Source: Planctomycetota bacterium (GTDB taxonomy: Bacteria; Planctomycetota; DG-23; JAZDKG01). From it: a DNA stretch of 64,000 nt. Location: positions 31,316 to 95,315 of the forward strand of contig JAZDKG010000116.1 of assembly GCA_043803205.1 (NCBI GenBank), in the 5' to 3' direction. Position 1 is the stretch's first letter. Each line of letters starts with the position of its first letter. This document shows positions 38,523 to 48,680 of this stretch, one piece after another. Below the pieces are notes generated by a model. It did not search any database. It saw only the letters and a list, made by a program, of their open reading frames with translations, and was not told where the DNA came from. Position numbers and translations under genes: made by a program.

Positions 38523-39650
38523 ATGACTCACGCATCCAAAAAGATCGGACACGCGCAGATCCCCCGCAGGCGATGCAGCCGCAAGGTCACCGTGGGCGCC
38601 GTGCCCATCGGCGGCGGCTCACCGGTCTCGGTCCAGTCCATGACCAATACCCACACGCGCGACGTGGACGCCACCGTAAAGCAGATCCGCCGCCTCGAGG
38701 CCTGCGGCTGCCAGATCGTCCGGATCGCCGTCGCAACCAGGGAGGACGCCCGCGCCCTGGGCCAGATCAAACGGGAGGTCCGTATCCCGATCGTGGCCGA
38801 CGTCCACTTCGATCCTGCCCTTGCGGTGGCGGCGATCGAGCATGGGGCCGACAAGGTGAGGGTGAACCCCGGCAACATGCGCAATCGCGCAAAGCTCGCC
38901 CGGCTTGCGGCGACCGCCCGAGAGAGAAAGATCCCCATCCGCATCGGCGTGAACTCCGGAAGCATCCGGACTCGCGCGCGCGGCGCAAGGGTCGATGAGT
39001 CCGCCAAGACCGTCGAGCTCATGGTAGAAGGGGCGCTGGCCGGCGCTTCCTTCTTCGAGAAACACGGCTGCCCCGACCTCGTGCTCTCTCTCAAGAGCTC
39101 GAGCGTCGTCGACACGGTCGAGGCATACCGCGCCGTCGCGAAGCTCACCGACTACCCGCTTCATCTCGGCGTCACCGCCGCCGGGCCGGCCGAGATCGGC
39201 CTCGTTCGCAACGCCGTCGGGATCGGGACGCTGCTCCTGGCGGGCATCGGCGATACGATCCGCGTCTCCCTCACCGGTCCCCCTGAGGACGAGGTCCGCG
39301 CCGGACTCGAGATCCTCCGCTCCGTAGGGCTCCGCAAGGACGGGATCTGCATCCTCAGTTGTCCCACGTGCTCGCGCTGCGAGATCGATCTCGCCGCCGT
39401 GGTCGACGAGGTGCGCGCGAGACTCCCCCGGACGCGTCGGCCCCTCACCGTGGCGGTGATGGGCTGCGTCGTGAACGGCCCCGGCGAGGCCCGCGAGGCC
39501 GACGTCGGTATCGTCGCCGGCAAGTCGGACGGCTTCCTCTTCCGCGCCGACCGCCAGCCCCTCCGCGTCCCGCGAGCGAAGCTCGTCGACCGGCTCGCCC
39601 AGGCCGTGGAGGAGCTCCTCGCCTCGCCCCCTGACGGCAAACGCGCTTGA
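38523..39650 (+). CDS. ispG: 4-hydroxy-3-methylbut-2-en-1-yl diphosphate synthase
   Basis: 'VGAVPIGGGSPVSVQSMTNT'. The C-terminal 4Fe-4S cysteine triad is 'CPTCSRCE...GCVVNGPGE'. Confidence 0.9.
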   Translation: MTHASKKIGHAQIPRRRCSRKVTVGAVPIGGGSPVSVQSMTNTHTRDVDATVKQIRRLEACGCQIVRIAVATREDARALGQIKREVRIPIVADVHFDPALAVAAIEHGADKVRVNPGNMRNRAKLARLAATARERKIPIRIGVNSGSIRTRARGARVDESAKTVELMVEGALAGASFFEKHGCPDLVLSLKSSSVVDTVEAYRAVAKLTDYPLHLGVTAAGPAEIGLVRNAVGIGTLLLAGIGDTIRVSLTGPPEDEVRAGLEILRSVGLRKDGICILSCPTCSRCEIDLAAVVDEVRARLPRTRRPLTVAVMGCVVNGPGEAREADVGIVAGKSDGFLFRADRQPLRVPRAKLVDRLAQAVEELLASPPDGKRA

Positions 39651-40864
39651 ACGGCTCCCGCGCGTCCGTAAAATCGCTTGTTCCGCAGCCCTTTCGGGAC
39701 CCCGGGGAAAAGCGTTTGGCAACGACGGTCGCAATCCTTGGCGCGACGGGATCCGTGGGACGGCAGGCGATCGATGTCCTCGCCGCCATGCCCGGCCGCT
39801 TCCAAGTCGTGGCCCTCAGCGCCTGGTCCAACTGGGAGGGCCTGCTCGCCGCCGCGCGCACGGTCGGAACAAAGGCCCTGGCCCTCGTCAAGGAATGTCC
39901 CGGCTCGATCGAGACCCCCGCCGGCACGCGCCTCTTCACCGGCGAGACCGCAGTCTCCCGAATGCTCGAGGAGACGGCCCCCGAGTTCGTCTTCGTGGCC
40001 ATCGCCGGAGCGGCCGGACTGCCGGCGACCCTTTCCGCGATCTCCGTCGCCCGCCGCGTCGCCCTCGCCAACAAGGAATCCCTCGTCATCGCCGGTGACC
40101 TCGTCACGACCCAGGCCGCAAAGCGCGGAACCGAGCTCATCCCCGTCGATAGCGAACACTCCGGCATCTTCCAGATCCTCGACGGACGCTCCCCGCAAGA
40201 GGTCCGCCACGTTTACCTCACCGCCAGCGGCGGCCCCTTCCTCGGCTATCCCCCGGAACGCCTCGAGCACGTCTCCCCTCAGGAGGCCCTCACCCACCCG
40301 ACTTGGCGCATGGGAGAAAAAATCTCCATCGACTCCGCAACGCTCATGAACAAGGCCCTCGAGGTCCTCGAGGCACGCTGCCTCTTCAACCTCCAGGCCC
40401 ACCAGATCAAGGTCCTCATCCATCCCGAATCGATCATGCATTCCATGGTCGAGTTCGTCGACGGCTCCGTCATCGCCCAGCTCGCCGTCCCAGACATGCG
40501 CCTGCCGATCCGTTACGCCCTCACCTACCCCGAGCGCCAGCGCCACGAAGCGACGAAACTGGATCTCTCCCGCATGGCTGCGCTCCATTTCCGCCAGCCC
40601 GACCCCGGAGAGTTCCCGGCCCTCGACCTCGGGTTCGAAGTGGCCAAGACCGGCGGGACGAGCGCCGCCGTCCTCAACGCCGCCAACGAGATCGCCGTCG
40701 CGCACTTCCTCAAGGGCGCAATCCGCTTCCCCCGCATCGTCGAGCTCACCCGCGCCGTCCTCGACAAACACCGCAGCGGCCCCGTCACCGACCTCGAGAC
40801 CCTCTTTGAAGCCGACCGCTGGGCGCGAAAGGAGGCGACCAACTGGCTATCCTGCAAAGCCTAG
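39647..40864 (+). CDS. dxr: 1-deoxy-D-xylulose 5-phosphate reductoisomerase
   Basis: 'ILGATGSVGRQAIDV' and 'DSEHSGIFQ'. The true start may be a TTG near 39716, because the N-terminal 24 aa are atypical. Confidence 0.9.
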   Translation: MNGSRASVKSLVPQPFRDPGEKRLATTVAILGATGSVGRQAIDVLAAMPGRFQVVALSAWSNWEGLLAAARTVGTKALALVKECPGSIETPAGTRLFTGETAVSRMLEETAPEFVFVAIAGAAGLPATLSAISVARRVALANKESLVIAGDLVTTQAAKRGTELIPVDSEHSGIFQILDGRSPQEVRHVYLTASGGPFLGYPPERLEHVSPQEALTHPTWRMGEKISIDSATLMNKALEVLEARCLFNLQAHQIKVLIHPESIMHSMVEFVDGSVIAQLAVPDMRLPIRYALTYPERQRHEATKLDLSRMAALHFRQPDPGEFPALDLGFEVAKTGGTSAAVLNAANEIAVAHFLKGAIRFPRIVELTRAVLDKHRSGPVTDLETLFEADRWARKEATNWLSCKA

Positions 40865-40869
40865 GTTAT

Positions 40870-42717
40870 GTGCTCATGATCGCCGTGGGACTGGGCCTGG
40901 CGATCCTCATTCATGAGCTCGGACACTTCCTCGTCGCCAAGCGCGCCGGCGTCCGCGTCGAGCGCTTCTCCATCGGCTTCGGCCCTCCCCTCTGGAAAAC
41001 CCAAAAAGGCGAAACCGAATACCGCCTAAGCCTTATCCTGGCAGGAGGATACGTCAAACTCGCCGGAGAGGGCCCCTCCGAGGCAAAGTCGGACGACCCC
41101 CGCATCTTCCTCAACCAGCCTCCAGGCGTGCGCGCCGTCGTCTTCGTCGCAGGCGTGGCAATGAACGTGCTCTTGGGGCTCGTCCTCTTCGTCGCTGTCT
41201 TTAGCGCAGGATACCCCTTCATCCTCCCCGAGGCCGGCTGGATCGCCCCCGGCAGCCCCGCCGAAAAGGCCGGCCTGCGCGAGGGCGACCTAATCGTCGA
41301 GATCGATGGCCGACGCGACCTCGATTACGAGGATGTCAAGATCGCCCAGATCTTCTCGAAGCCGGGCAAGTCCGTCACGATGACGATCGCGCGACCGGGG
41401 ACGCCCGACCCCTTGCGCCTCGGACTCGTCCCGGTCAAAGGACCGGGGGACGACTTCCCCAGATGGGGAGTCGAGCCCGCCCTCTCCCGCACCGTCGATT
41501 ATGTGAATCCCGAAAGCCCCATGGCCGCGCGCGGCCTCGTGCGGCCGGGAGACAAGATCCTCGCCATCGACGGGAAGCCTGTCGCCTCCTGGCAGGCGGT
41601 CTTGGATGTGATGCGGCAGCGCCCCGGCGCCGAGATCCCCCTTGAGGTGGAGCGCAAGGGACACCCCATCGAAACCTCGCTCATCGTGGACATCTTCCGC
41701 GATCAGGACCTCGGGATCGAATTCCAGGGCGGCATGATTGTGACGGACGTCTCGCCCGATTGGCCGGCCGAGCAAGCCGACCTTCGCCCCGGAGACGTCA
41801 TCCTCGCCATCGACGGAAAAGACGTGCACAGTTGGAAGGAGCTCCGCAGCGCCCTCAACGCGGGCGAAGGCCGGCCCGTGACCGTCACGGTCCAGCGCGG
41901 CCCCGACGGGACGCAGCCCTCGGACTTCAAAATCACTCCGGTCGAGAACCCCCCTGCCCCCGCTGCCGAGGTGCCGGACTATCTCCCGCGTTACGTCTTC
42001 GGCATCCGGGGCACCTTTGCCAACGTCGTCGCCGCGGTGCGCGACGGCTCCTCCGCGTGGAAGGCGGGTCTGCGCCCCGGCGACGAGCTCACCGCGATCA
42101 GCATTCGCGAGAAGGACGCCGCCAGCTCCCGCCGGTCGTTCACGACCTTCTCTCCGGACGATGAGATCCAACTGGACACCGCCCTCAACCGAGGCGCCGG
42201 CGTCGAGCTCGAATGGCGGCGCGAAGGGGCCCCTATGTCGGGGACGCTCGTAAGCCAGGACTTCAAAACCCTCGCGAAGATCGACATCCTCCCCCGCTTC
42301 AAGGAGTTCCGTAGGCCCGTCAAGGGCTTCGGCCCCATGAGGCTGGCGATCCGCAAAAGCTATCAGACCGTCGCCAGCATCCTCGGGGCCGCCCGCTCGA
42401 TCGCCCGCGGCACCCTCAACGCCAAGAAAGCCTTCGCCGGCCCCGTCGGCGTGCTCACGATGTCCTACAAGGTCGCCCAGCAGGGACTGCTGCAGTTCCT
42501 CTACTGGCTCGCCCTCATCAATATGAACCTCGCCTTCGTCAACCTCCTCCCCATCCCCATCCTCGACGGGGGACATCTCCTCTTCGTCGCGATCGAAAAG
42601 GCCCGCGGAAAACGCCTCAACGAGAAAGCCATGGAGGTCGCCCAGTTCGTGGGACTGGCGATCCTCATCGCGATCCTTCTCTTCACGCTCTACGCCGATT
42701 TCACTCGCAGCGTCTAA
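40870..42717 (+). CDS. rseP: RIP site-2 metalloprotease RseP-like with multiple PDZ domains
   Basis: 'HELGHFLVAK' (HExxH) in TM1. Several PDZ-like segments. C-terminal 'LLPIPILDGGHL'. Confidence 0.85.
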   Translation: MLMIAVGLGLAILIHELGHFLVAKRAGVRVERFSIGFGPPLWKTQKGETEYRLSLILAGGYVKLAGEGPSEAKSDDPRIFLNQPPGVRAVVFVAGVAMNVLLGLVLFVAVFSAGYPFILPEAGWIAPGSPAEKAGLREGDLIVEIDGRRDLDYEDVKIAQIFSKPGKSVTMTIARPGTPDPLRLGLVPVKGPGDDFPRWGVEPALSRTVDYVNPESPMAARGLVRPGDKILAIDGKPVASWQAVLDVMRQRPGAEIPLEVERKGHPIETSLIVDIFRDQDLGIEFQGGMIVTDVSPDWPAEQADLRPGDVILAIDGKDVHSWKELRSALNAGEGRPVTVTVQRGPDGTQPSDFKITPVENPPAPAAEVPDYLPRYVFGIRGTFANVVAAVRDGSSAWKAGLRPGDELTAISIREKDAASSRRSFTTFSPDDEIQLDTALNRGAGVELEWRREGAPMSGTLVSQDFKTLAKIDILPRFKEFRRPVKGFGPMRLAIRKSYQTVASILGAARSIARGTLNAKKAFAGPVGVLTMSYKVAQQGLLQFLYWLALINMNLAFVNLLPIPILDGGHLLFVAIEKARGKRLNEKAMEVAQFVGLAILIAILLFTLYADFTRSV

Positions 42718-43868
42718 CGGGCTTCGCCGTCCCAGCGTTCGGCAAGCGCCCGCTCCATCCGACGCAGCTCCTCCAGCTCCCCCCCTTCCAAAAGAAGCGC
42801 CCCCGCCTCCGGGCCCCCCGCCAAGTGCGCCTTCTCCAGAACCGCGTCGCCGAGCGCTCGAACCCCCGCCCCCGTCAGCGCGCATGTGAGGACGCCGACC
42901 TCCCCCGACGCGACCGTCGGCGTCTCCCCCCCCTCCAAGAGATCCATCTTGTTGAGCGCCGCCACCACGGGCCCTCGCGCCAGCTTCTTCACGCGCTCCA
43001 GTACCGCAATCTCCGGACGACGGGCGTCCAGCACCACCACGACCACGTCCGCGTTGCGCGCCGCCTCAAGCGCCCTCTCCACCCCCTCGCTCTCCACCTC
43101 GTCCCCCGCCTCGCGGATCCCCGCCGTATCGAACACCGTCACGGGCCACCCCGCTAATGCCATCGATACCTCCACGGTATCCCTCGTCGTGCCCGGCGCT
43201 GCATCCACAAGCAGACGCTCCTCCCCTAAGAGAACGTTCACGAGGCTCGACTTGCCGACGTTCGCCGGCCCCACGACCGCAAGACGCCGCGGACGAAAAA
43301 GCGCCTCCGCCCGCTCCGCCTCCCGGATCGTCCGCTCGATAAGACCGAGCGCGGAAGCCCCCTCCGCGCCGGCAAGCGCGCGGATCTCGCCCATCCGTCT
43401 CTCGCCGGCTCCCGCGAAGGCCTCCATCGCCGCGCGCATCGCCGTCTGCGTGCCCGCCCTCGTCAACATCCGCAGCGCGTGTCTTTGGCAAAGGGTCAGC
43501 GAGCAGTAACGCTCCATGAACGCCTCGTGATCGAGCGCTGTTGCGCCCAGCTCCGTGAGGTAGCGCCCGACCTCGCGCGAAGCGACCGCGCCCCCGTGGC
43601 AGTTGACCTCCGCGCAGGGGCCTCGATAGAAGGCGTTCCCCTCCGGGAACGGCGCCACCACTACTTCGTCCAGGACCTCCCCGTCCCTCTCGATGAACCC
43701 ATAGACCAGGCGCCCGGCCTCCAGGCGCCCCTTCTCCTTCCGCGCCGGGCGAAAAGCCCGCGAGAGAACTTCGAAGGCCCTCGCGCCCGCGATCGAGATC
43801 ACCGCGATCCCCCCGGCGCCCTCCGCGGTCTCAAACGCCCACGCGCTGTCCCCGGTGGCTCTAGACAC
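42714..43868 (-). CDS. MnmE/TrmE-like tRNA-modification GTPase, C-terminally short (no CIGK)
   Basis: N-domain 'GGIAVISIAG...CHGG'. G-domain 'VVGPANVGKSS', 'GTTRD', 'DTAGIRE' and 'NKMDL'. The ORF ends without the C-terminal C(I/L)GK tetrapeptide. Confidence 0.6.
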   Translation of the reverse strand: MSRATGDSAWAFETAEGAGGIAVISIAGARAFEVLSRAFRPARKEKGRLEAGRLVYGFIERDGEVLDEVVVAPFPEGNAFYRGPCAEVNCHGGAVASREVGRYLTELGATALDHEAFMERYCSLTLCQRHALRMLTRAGTQTAMRAAMEAFAGAGERRMGEIRALAGAEGASALGLIERTIREAERAEALFRPRRLAVVGPANVGKSSLVNVLLGEERLLVDAAPGTTRDTVEVSMALAGWPVTVFDTAGIREAGDEVESEGVERALEAARNADVVVVVLDARRPEIAVLERVKKLARGPVVAALNKMDLLEGGETPTVASGEVGVLTCALTGAGVRALGDAVLEKAHLAGGPEAGALLLEGGELEELRRMERALAERWDGEAR

Positions 43869-44628
43869 GACGACGCCTCTGCTTGCCGCCCCCCGCTAAC
43901 GCCGCCTGGAGTCCTCGAAACAGCAAGAATTCGTCGACAGTCCGGATGCGCGCGACGTGCGGCGCGATTGCCGAGGCCCCTCCGCCCGTGGCATAGACCT
44001 CGGGTTCTCCGCCCATCTCGGCGGCAAGTTCCTCCAAGATCCCCGACACCGCGCCCACAACCCCCTGAAACACCCCGATCCGGATCGCCTCCCTCGTGTT
44101 CTTGCCGATGCCCGCCACCGCGGGCAGAACCTCCACGTCGGGCAGCGCCGCCGTCTCCCGCGCTAGCGCCTCCGCGCACAGCCCAAACCCCGGAAAGATA
44201 ACGCCTCCCAAAAACACCCCCCGCGCGTTCACGCAGTTGAACGTGATCGCGCTTCCAAATCCGACGACGATGAGCGCCCGGCCCTTCCCGCGCAGGTCCG
44301 ACCATGCCCCGAGCGACTCCAGGAGCCGGTCCGTCCCGACGGCGCCGCGCTCCTCCACGTCGCTGCGTATGGGGATGCGAAGGTCCCTCCCGGCGACCCT
44401 GACCTCCGCGCGGCTCCCCTCGCGAAGGATCTCCTCGAGGATTTCGAGCGCCCTCGGAACGACGCTCGAGACGGCGATCGTCCCTTCCCTTCCCGCCAAG
44501 CACCCAAGGATCTTTCCCCGGTGCTCACGCATCCGCGCGGTCGGAAAAGACGCTAAGCGCCGCAGGCCCCGCCCCCGGGCTCGCACGATCTTGGTGGCCG
44601 AGTTCCCGATGTCGATGAGAAGTGCCAT
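43861..44628 (-). CDS. coaX: Type III pantothenate kinase
   Basis: 'LLIDIGNSATK' and the CoaX-like ASKHA fold pattern. Confidence 0.85.
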   Translation of the reverse strand: MALLIDIGNSATKIVRARGRGLRRLASFPTARMREHRGKILGCLAGREGTIAVSSVVPRALEILEEILREGSRAEVRVAGRDLRIPIRSDVEERGAVGTDRLLESLGAWSDLRGKGRALIVVGFGSAITFNCVNARGVFLGGVIFPGFGLCAEALARETAALPDVEVLPAVAGIGKNTREAIRIGVFQGVVGAVSGILEELAAEMGGEPEVYATGGGASAIAPHVARIRTVDEFLLFRGLQAALAGGGKQRRRRV

Positions 44629-44634
44629 CGCCGC

Positions 44635-45642
44635 CTAGAGATCCTCCTCGTCGTCCTTCCCGAGCATCGCGAAGATCGCGCGCCGCAGCTCCTCGAGGCC
44701 TCTCCCCGTGACCGCGCTGATCCCGATCACGCCGCTCCCGACCGCTTCGGACAGCTGCGCCAGTGCCGAATCGTCCGGCACGAGGTCCATCTTGTTCGCC
44801 ACGACGATCTCGGGCTTCTGCGCTAGCTCCGGGTTGTACTCCACAAGCTCCTTCCGGAGCGTGCGATAGCTCCCCTCCGCCGTCCGGTCCTCCTCGATGG
44901 GGGCGATATCCACGAGGTGCAGGAGAACCCGCGTGCGCTCCACGTGACGCAGAAACTGGTGCCCGAGCCCCACCCCCTTGTGGGCCCCTTCCACGAGGCC
45001 GGGGATGTCCACGAGCACGCACCGCCGAAAGCCCGGCCCCTCCACGATCCCCAAGACCGGCGCCAGCGTCGTGAACGCGTAGCTCGCGATCTTCGGATGG
45101 GCGGCCGACAGACGACTGATAAGCGTCGACTTCCCCGCGTTTGGCATCCCCACGATCCCGACGTCCGCCACCAGCTTGAGCTCCAAGAAGATCCGCCGCT
45201 CCTGCCCCTCCTCGCCGCGCGTGAACTCCCGCGGCGTCTGGTGGGTGGCGGAGGCGAAGTGACGGTTCCCCTTGCCCCCCCGCCCTCCCCGGGCCACCAC
45301 GACCCGGTCCCCGTCCTCCTTGAAGTCCTTGAGCGCGATTCCCGTCCCCTCGTCCCGGATGATGGTGCCGACCGGCACCCTCAGGATCACGTCGCTTCCG
45401 TTCTTCCCGTGCCGGTCCCCGCGCTGGCCCGGTCCTCCGTTCCCCGCTGCGTACACCGCCTTCGACGGAATGTCCATGAGCGTCTCGCACGACCGGTCCG
45501 CGACAAGGATGACGCTGCCGCCGTTTCCTCCGTCGCCCCCCGAAGGCCCGCCCCGCGGCACAAACTTCTCCCGCCGGAACGCGACGCACCCGTCGCCGCC
45601 GCGTCCCCCCCGGACGGTAACGGTGGCTTCATCAATAAACAC
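44635..45642 (-). CDS. obg: GTPase Obg
   Basis: Gly-rich Obg fold 'RGGRGGDGCVAFRREKFVPRGGPSGGDGGNGG' followed by a G-domain. Confidence 0.9.
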   Translation of the reverse strand: MFIDEATVTVRGGRGGDGCVAFRREKFVPRGGPSGGDGGNGGSVILVADRSCETLMDIPSKAVYAAGNGGPGQRGDRHGKNGSDVILRVPVGTIIRDEGTGIALKDFKEDGDRVVVARGGRGGKGNRHFASATHQTPREFTRGEEGQERRIFLELKLVADVGIVGMPNAGKSTLISRLSAAHPKIASYAFTTLAPVLGIVEGPGFRRCVLVDIPGLVEGAHKGVGLGHQFLRHVERTRVLLHLVDIAPIEEDRTAEGSYRTLRKELVEYNPELAQKPEIVVANKMDLVPDDSALAQLSEAVGSGVIGISAVTGRGLEELRRAIFAMLGKDDEEDL

Positions 45643-45719
45643 GTAAAAAGTCCAGAAAAGGAACAGGGAGGCTTACGAGAGCCTCCCACGCTGTGCCTGG
45701 CGGAATACCGGTCGGCGGG

Positions 45720-45965
45720 TCAACCTTGCTCGACGATATGGAGCTTTCGTCCGGCGCCGAAGCGGACCACCCCCGCGCGCAGGGCGAAGAGCGTGTTATC
45801 CGTCCCCATTCCCACGTTGTAGCCGGGCTTCATCACCGTCCCCCGCTGTCGGACCAGGATCTCCCCGGCCTTGACCATCTGTCCGCCAAAACGCTTCACG
45901 CCCAGACGCTGCGCGTTCGAATCGCGCCCGTTCCTCGACGCGCCTTGTCCCTTCTTATGTGCCAT
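45720..45965 (-). CDS. rpmA: 50S ribosomal protein L27
   Basis: The N-terminal '[28 protein letters not shown]' is a near-canonical L27 N-terminus. Confidence 0.95.
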   Translation of the reverse strand: MAHKKGQGASRNGRDSNAQRLGVKRFGGQMVKAGEILVRQRGTVMKPGYNVGMGTDNTLFALRAGVVRFGAGRKLHIVEQG

Positions 45966-45983
45966 GGCTCATGTCCTTTCGAG

Positions 45984-46298
45984 TCACGACCGAACGATCT
46001 CGTCGATCCGCACCACCGTGAACTTCTGGCGGTGTCCCTTCTTGGTGCGAGAGTCCTTGCGGCGCTTGTACTTGAAGACTACGAGCTTCTCGCCCTTGGC
46101 TTCACCCGCCACCGTCCCCCGCACCTTCACGTTCGCGACGACGGGCGTGCCGACCTGCACCTCCTCGTCGTCCGCGAGAAGCAGGACCTCTCCAAGGTCC
46201 AACGACACGCCCTCGGGAAGCTCCCGATGCGCTAGATTGACAACGTCCCCCGGACGCACGATGTGCTGGTGGGACCCGTCGCGGATGACGGCGTACAT
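45984..46298 (-). CDS. rplU: 50S ribosomal protein L21
   Basis: 'MYAVIRDGSHQHIVRPGDVV...' is canonical L21. Start chosen at the second Met of the MRM sequence. Confidence 0.9.
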   Translation of the reverse strand: MYAVIRDGSHQHIVRPGDVVNLAHRELPEGVSLDLGEVLLLADDEEVQVGTPVVANVKVRGTVAGEAKGEKLVVFKYKRRKDSRTKKGHRQKFTVVRIDEIVRS

Positions 46299-46378
46299 GC
46301 GCAAACTCTCCTTCGACCGACTCCCGGCCGGGCCTGTGCTCCCGACCGGAGCGCTAAGCCCGACCTAGACCCGTCATT

Positions 46379-47868
46379 CTATTCCACGGTCTCAATCGCG
46401 TCAAACAGAAAATCACTCGCCCCCTCGATCCGGATCGAACAGTTGAAACGCTCCTCGATCTCCGCAAGCTCTTTCCGGAAATGGTTTTGCAGGTAGTCCG
46501 CCGCCTCCGGATGAAGCCTCCCCGTGACGGCCCCCCCCTGTGCTTGCGCCGCCGCCGCCCGCAGCTTGCGAAGGGCCGAGACCGCGACCGTCTCCCGCGT
46601 CCGCCGTGTCCCCCGTCCCCGACACGTCGGACACTCCTCCACCAGCGCCCTCTCGACGCTCGGGCGCATCCGCTGCCGTGTCATCTCCACGATGCAGAAC
46701 TTGCTCAGGTGCGATAGGTCCGTCCGCGCCCGGTCCCGCCTCAGCGCCTGCCCTAACACCTGCTCCACCCCCCGCCTGTGCGCCATCTTCTTCATGTCCA
46801 CGAAATCAATGATGATCACCCCGCCCAGATCTCGCAGCCGCAACTGTCGGGCCGCCTCCGCCGCCGCCGCCAAATTGAGCTGGTACGCCGTCTCCTCCGG
46901 ATCCTTCCCAACCCGGAACGTCCCCGAGTTCACGTCGATCGCCACCACCGCCTCCGTCTGGTCGATCACGATCGAGCCCCCCTTCGACAGCGGCACCGAC
47001 CGCTTGTAGATCGTCTCGATCTGCTCCTCGATGTTGTAGTAGCGCGCAAACGGCTGTTCCCCCTGGTAGAGCTTGACCAGCGAGCAGTACCGTGGCATCA
47101 CGATCTTCATGAAGTCGATGATGCGCTGCCGCACGTCCTCGCCTTCCGCAATCACCGCCTCCATGTCCGCGCTGAAAACGTCCCGCACAACCCGGATGAC
47201 GAAGTCGCTCTCCTGGTAGATCGCCGACGGCACGGGCGCCTTGTGCGCCCGGTTTTGAATCGTCTCCCATAGCCGCGCGAGGTACCGCAGATCCTTCTCT
47301 AGGTCCCGCTTCGGCCGGCCGATCGCCGCCGTCCGCGCAATGACGCCGACGTCCTTCGGCGGCTTGAGCTCATGCACCACCTTCCGCAGCGCTAGCCGCG
47401 CCTCCTCGTCCTCGATCTTCCTCGACACCCCCATCACCGCTAGGCCCGGCATCAGCACCAGACACCGCCCCGGAAGGCTCAGATACGTCGTCAGCGCCGC
47501 CCCTTTCCGGGCCACGCCCACCTTCGTCACTTGGACGAGGAGATCCACCCCCTTCCGCAGAACCTTCTGGATCGGGGGCCTCTTCGCCCCCCGCGGACCC
47601 CGCTCCCGGACCTCCTTGCGCAGCTCCGGGGGAAAGAGCGACGGCACCACGTCGCTGACGTGCAGGAACCCGTTCTTCTCCGCCCCGAAATCCACGAAGG
47701 CCGCCTGCAAGCTCGGCTCAACGCTCGTCACCCGCCCCGGTAGATGTTCCCGACGATCTGCTCGTCGGCCTTCCGCTCTACGTACAGCTCCTCGAGAATC
47801 CCATCCTCCAGAACCGCGATCCGCAGTTCATCCGGCAGACTGGTGTTGATCAGCATCTCCCGTTTCAT
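46379..47868 (-). CDS. rng: Ribonuclease G/E family (Rng), interrupted by an apparent -1 frameshift at ~47730
   Basis: N-terminal S1 part 'MKREMLINTSLPDELRIAVLEDG...GNIYRGG*' lies in frame A (47728..47868). The continuation 'VTSVEPSLQAAFVDFG...' lies in frame B (46379..47731). One missing G in a GGG run would join them. Confidence 0.7.
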
Positions 47869-48557
47869 CGGTTGGCCTGTCTCCTTCGGACTCTTGCTTG
47901 ACGCCCTCGCGCGCGCTTGGCTTGCCCGGCGATCCCTCGGGACGCCGCGCACACTACCTCCCGCGAGATCCCCACATCCGCGGCATCGCCCGCATACTTC
48001 ACCGCCCGCAGGATCTCCTCCGGACGGACCGACCCCGTCGTCTCGAACGCCACCTGCGCCTCCAAAGTGTCCCCAGCCAGCTTCATGCTCTGCACAAAAC
48101 GCCGGACGTCCACAAGCTTCCCTCCCTCTCTCCGCTCCACCACCGCCTCCCCCGACGCTAAGAACGCCTCCACCGACACCGACGCGGCGGCCTCAAGCGA
48201 GGGAAACCGGAAACAATACCTGACCGCTTCGATCCTCGCCTTCTCATGAGGCGGACTGAACGCCGCCTCCGTGATCCGCACCCCAAGCGGAAGCTCGCTG
48301 TTCAGTTCCGCGACAAGAGAATCCAGATCCGTCGGCGCACACAAATCGATCTCGCACACCTCGCGCCAGCTCTCCACCCCGACCGGACGCGCCGAGGGAA
48401 ACGAGAACCGCGGTCGCGGATTATACCCCTCGCTCATGCTCAGCGGCAGCCCCGCCCGTCTCGCCGCGCGCTCAAAGTTTCGCAGGAAATCGAGCTGCGA
48501 AAGGAACCGCGCCGGTCCTTCGACGGTGAAAAACAAGCGCACGCGCAGCCGCAGCAT
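47865..48557 (-). CDS. TIGR03936/DUF2344 family radical-SAM-associated protein
   Basis: Start trimmed to 'MLRLRVRLFFTVEGPARFLSQLDFLRNFERAARRAGLPL', matching the family N-terminus as recalled. Its stop abuts the rng start. Confidence 0.65.
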   Translation of the reverse strand: MLRLRVRLFFTVEGPARFLSQLDFLRNFERAARRAGLPLSMSEGYNPRPRFSFPSARPVGVESWREVCEIDLCAPTDLDSLVAELNSELPLGVRITEAAFSPPHEKARIEAVRYCFRFPSLEAAASVSVEAFLASGEAVVERREGGKLVDVRRFVQSMKLAGDTLEAQVAFETTGSVRPEEILRAVKYAGDAADVGISREVVCAASRGIAGQAKRARGRQARVRRRQANR

Positions 48558-48680
48558 ACAAACTTCCTCAACGCCCGCCCCTTCGCACGCGACCAGCCAC
48601 CCAGAGCATACCACCGCGCCGACGGAGCCGTCAAGTCCCGCCCCGCGACGGATGCTCGGAAAATTCGCGTCAGGAAAGGA

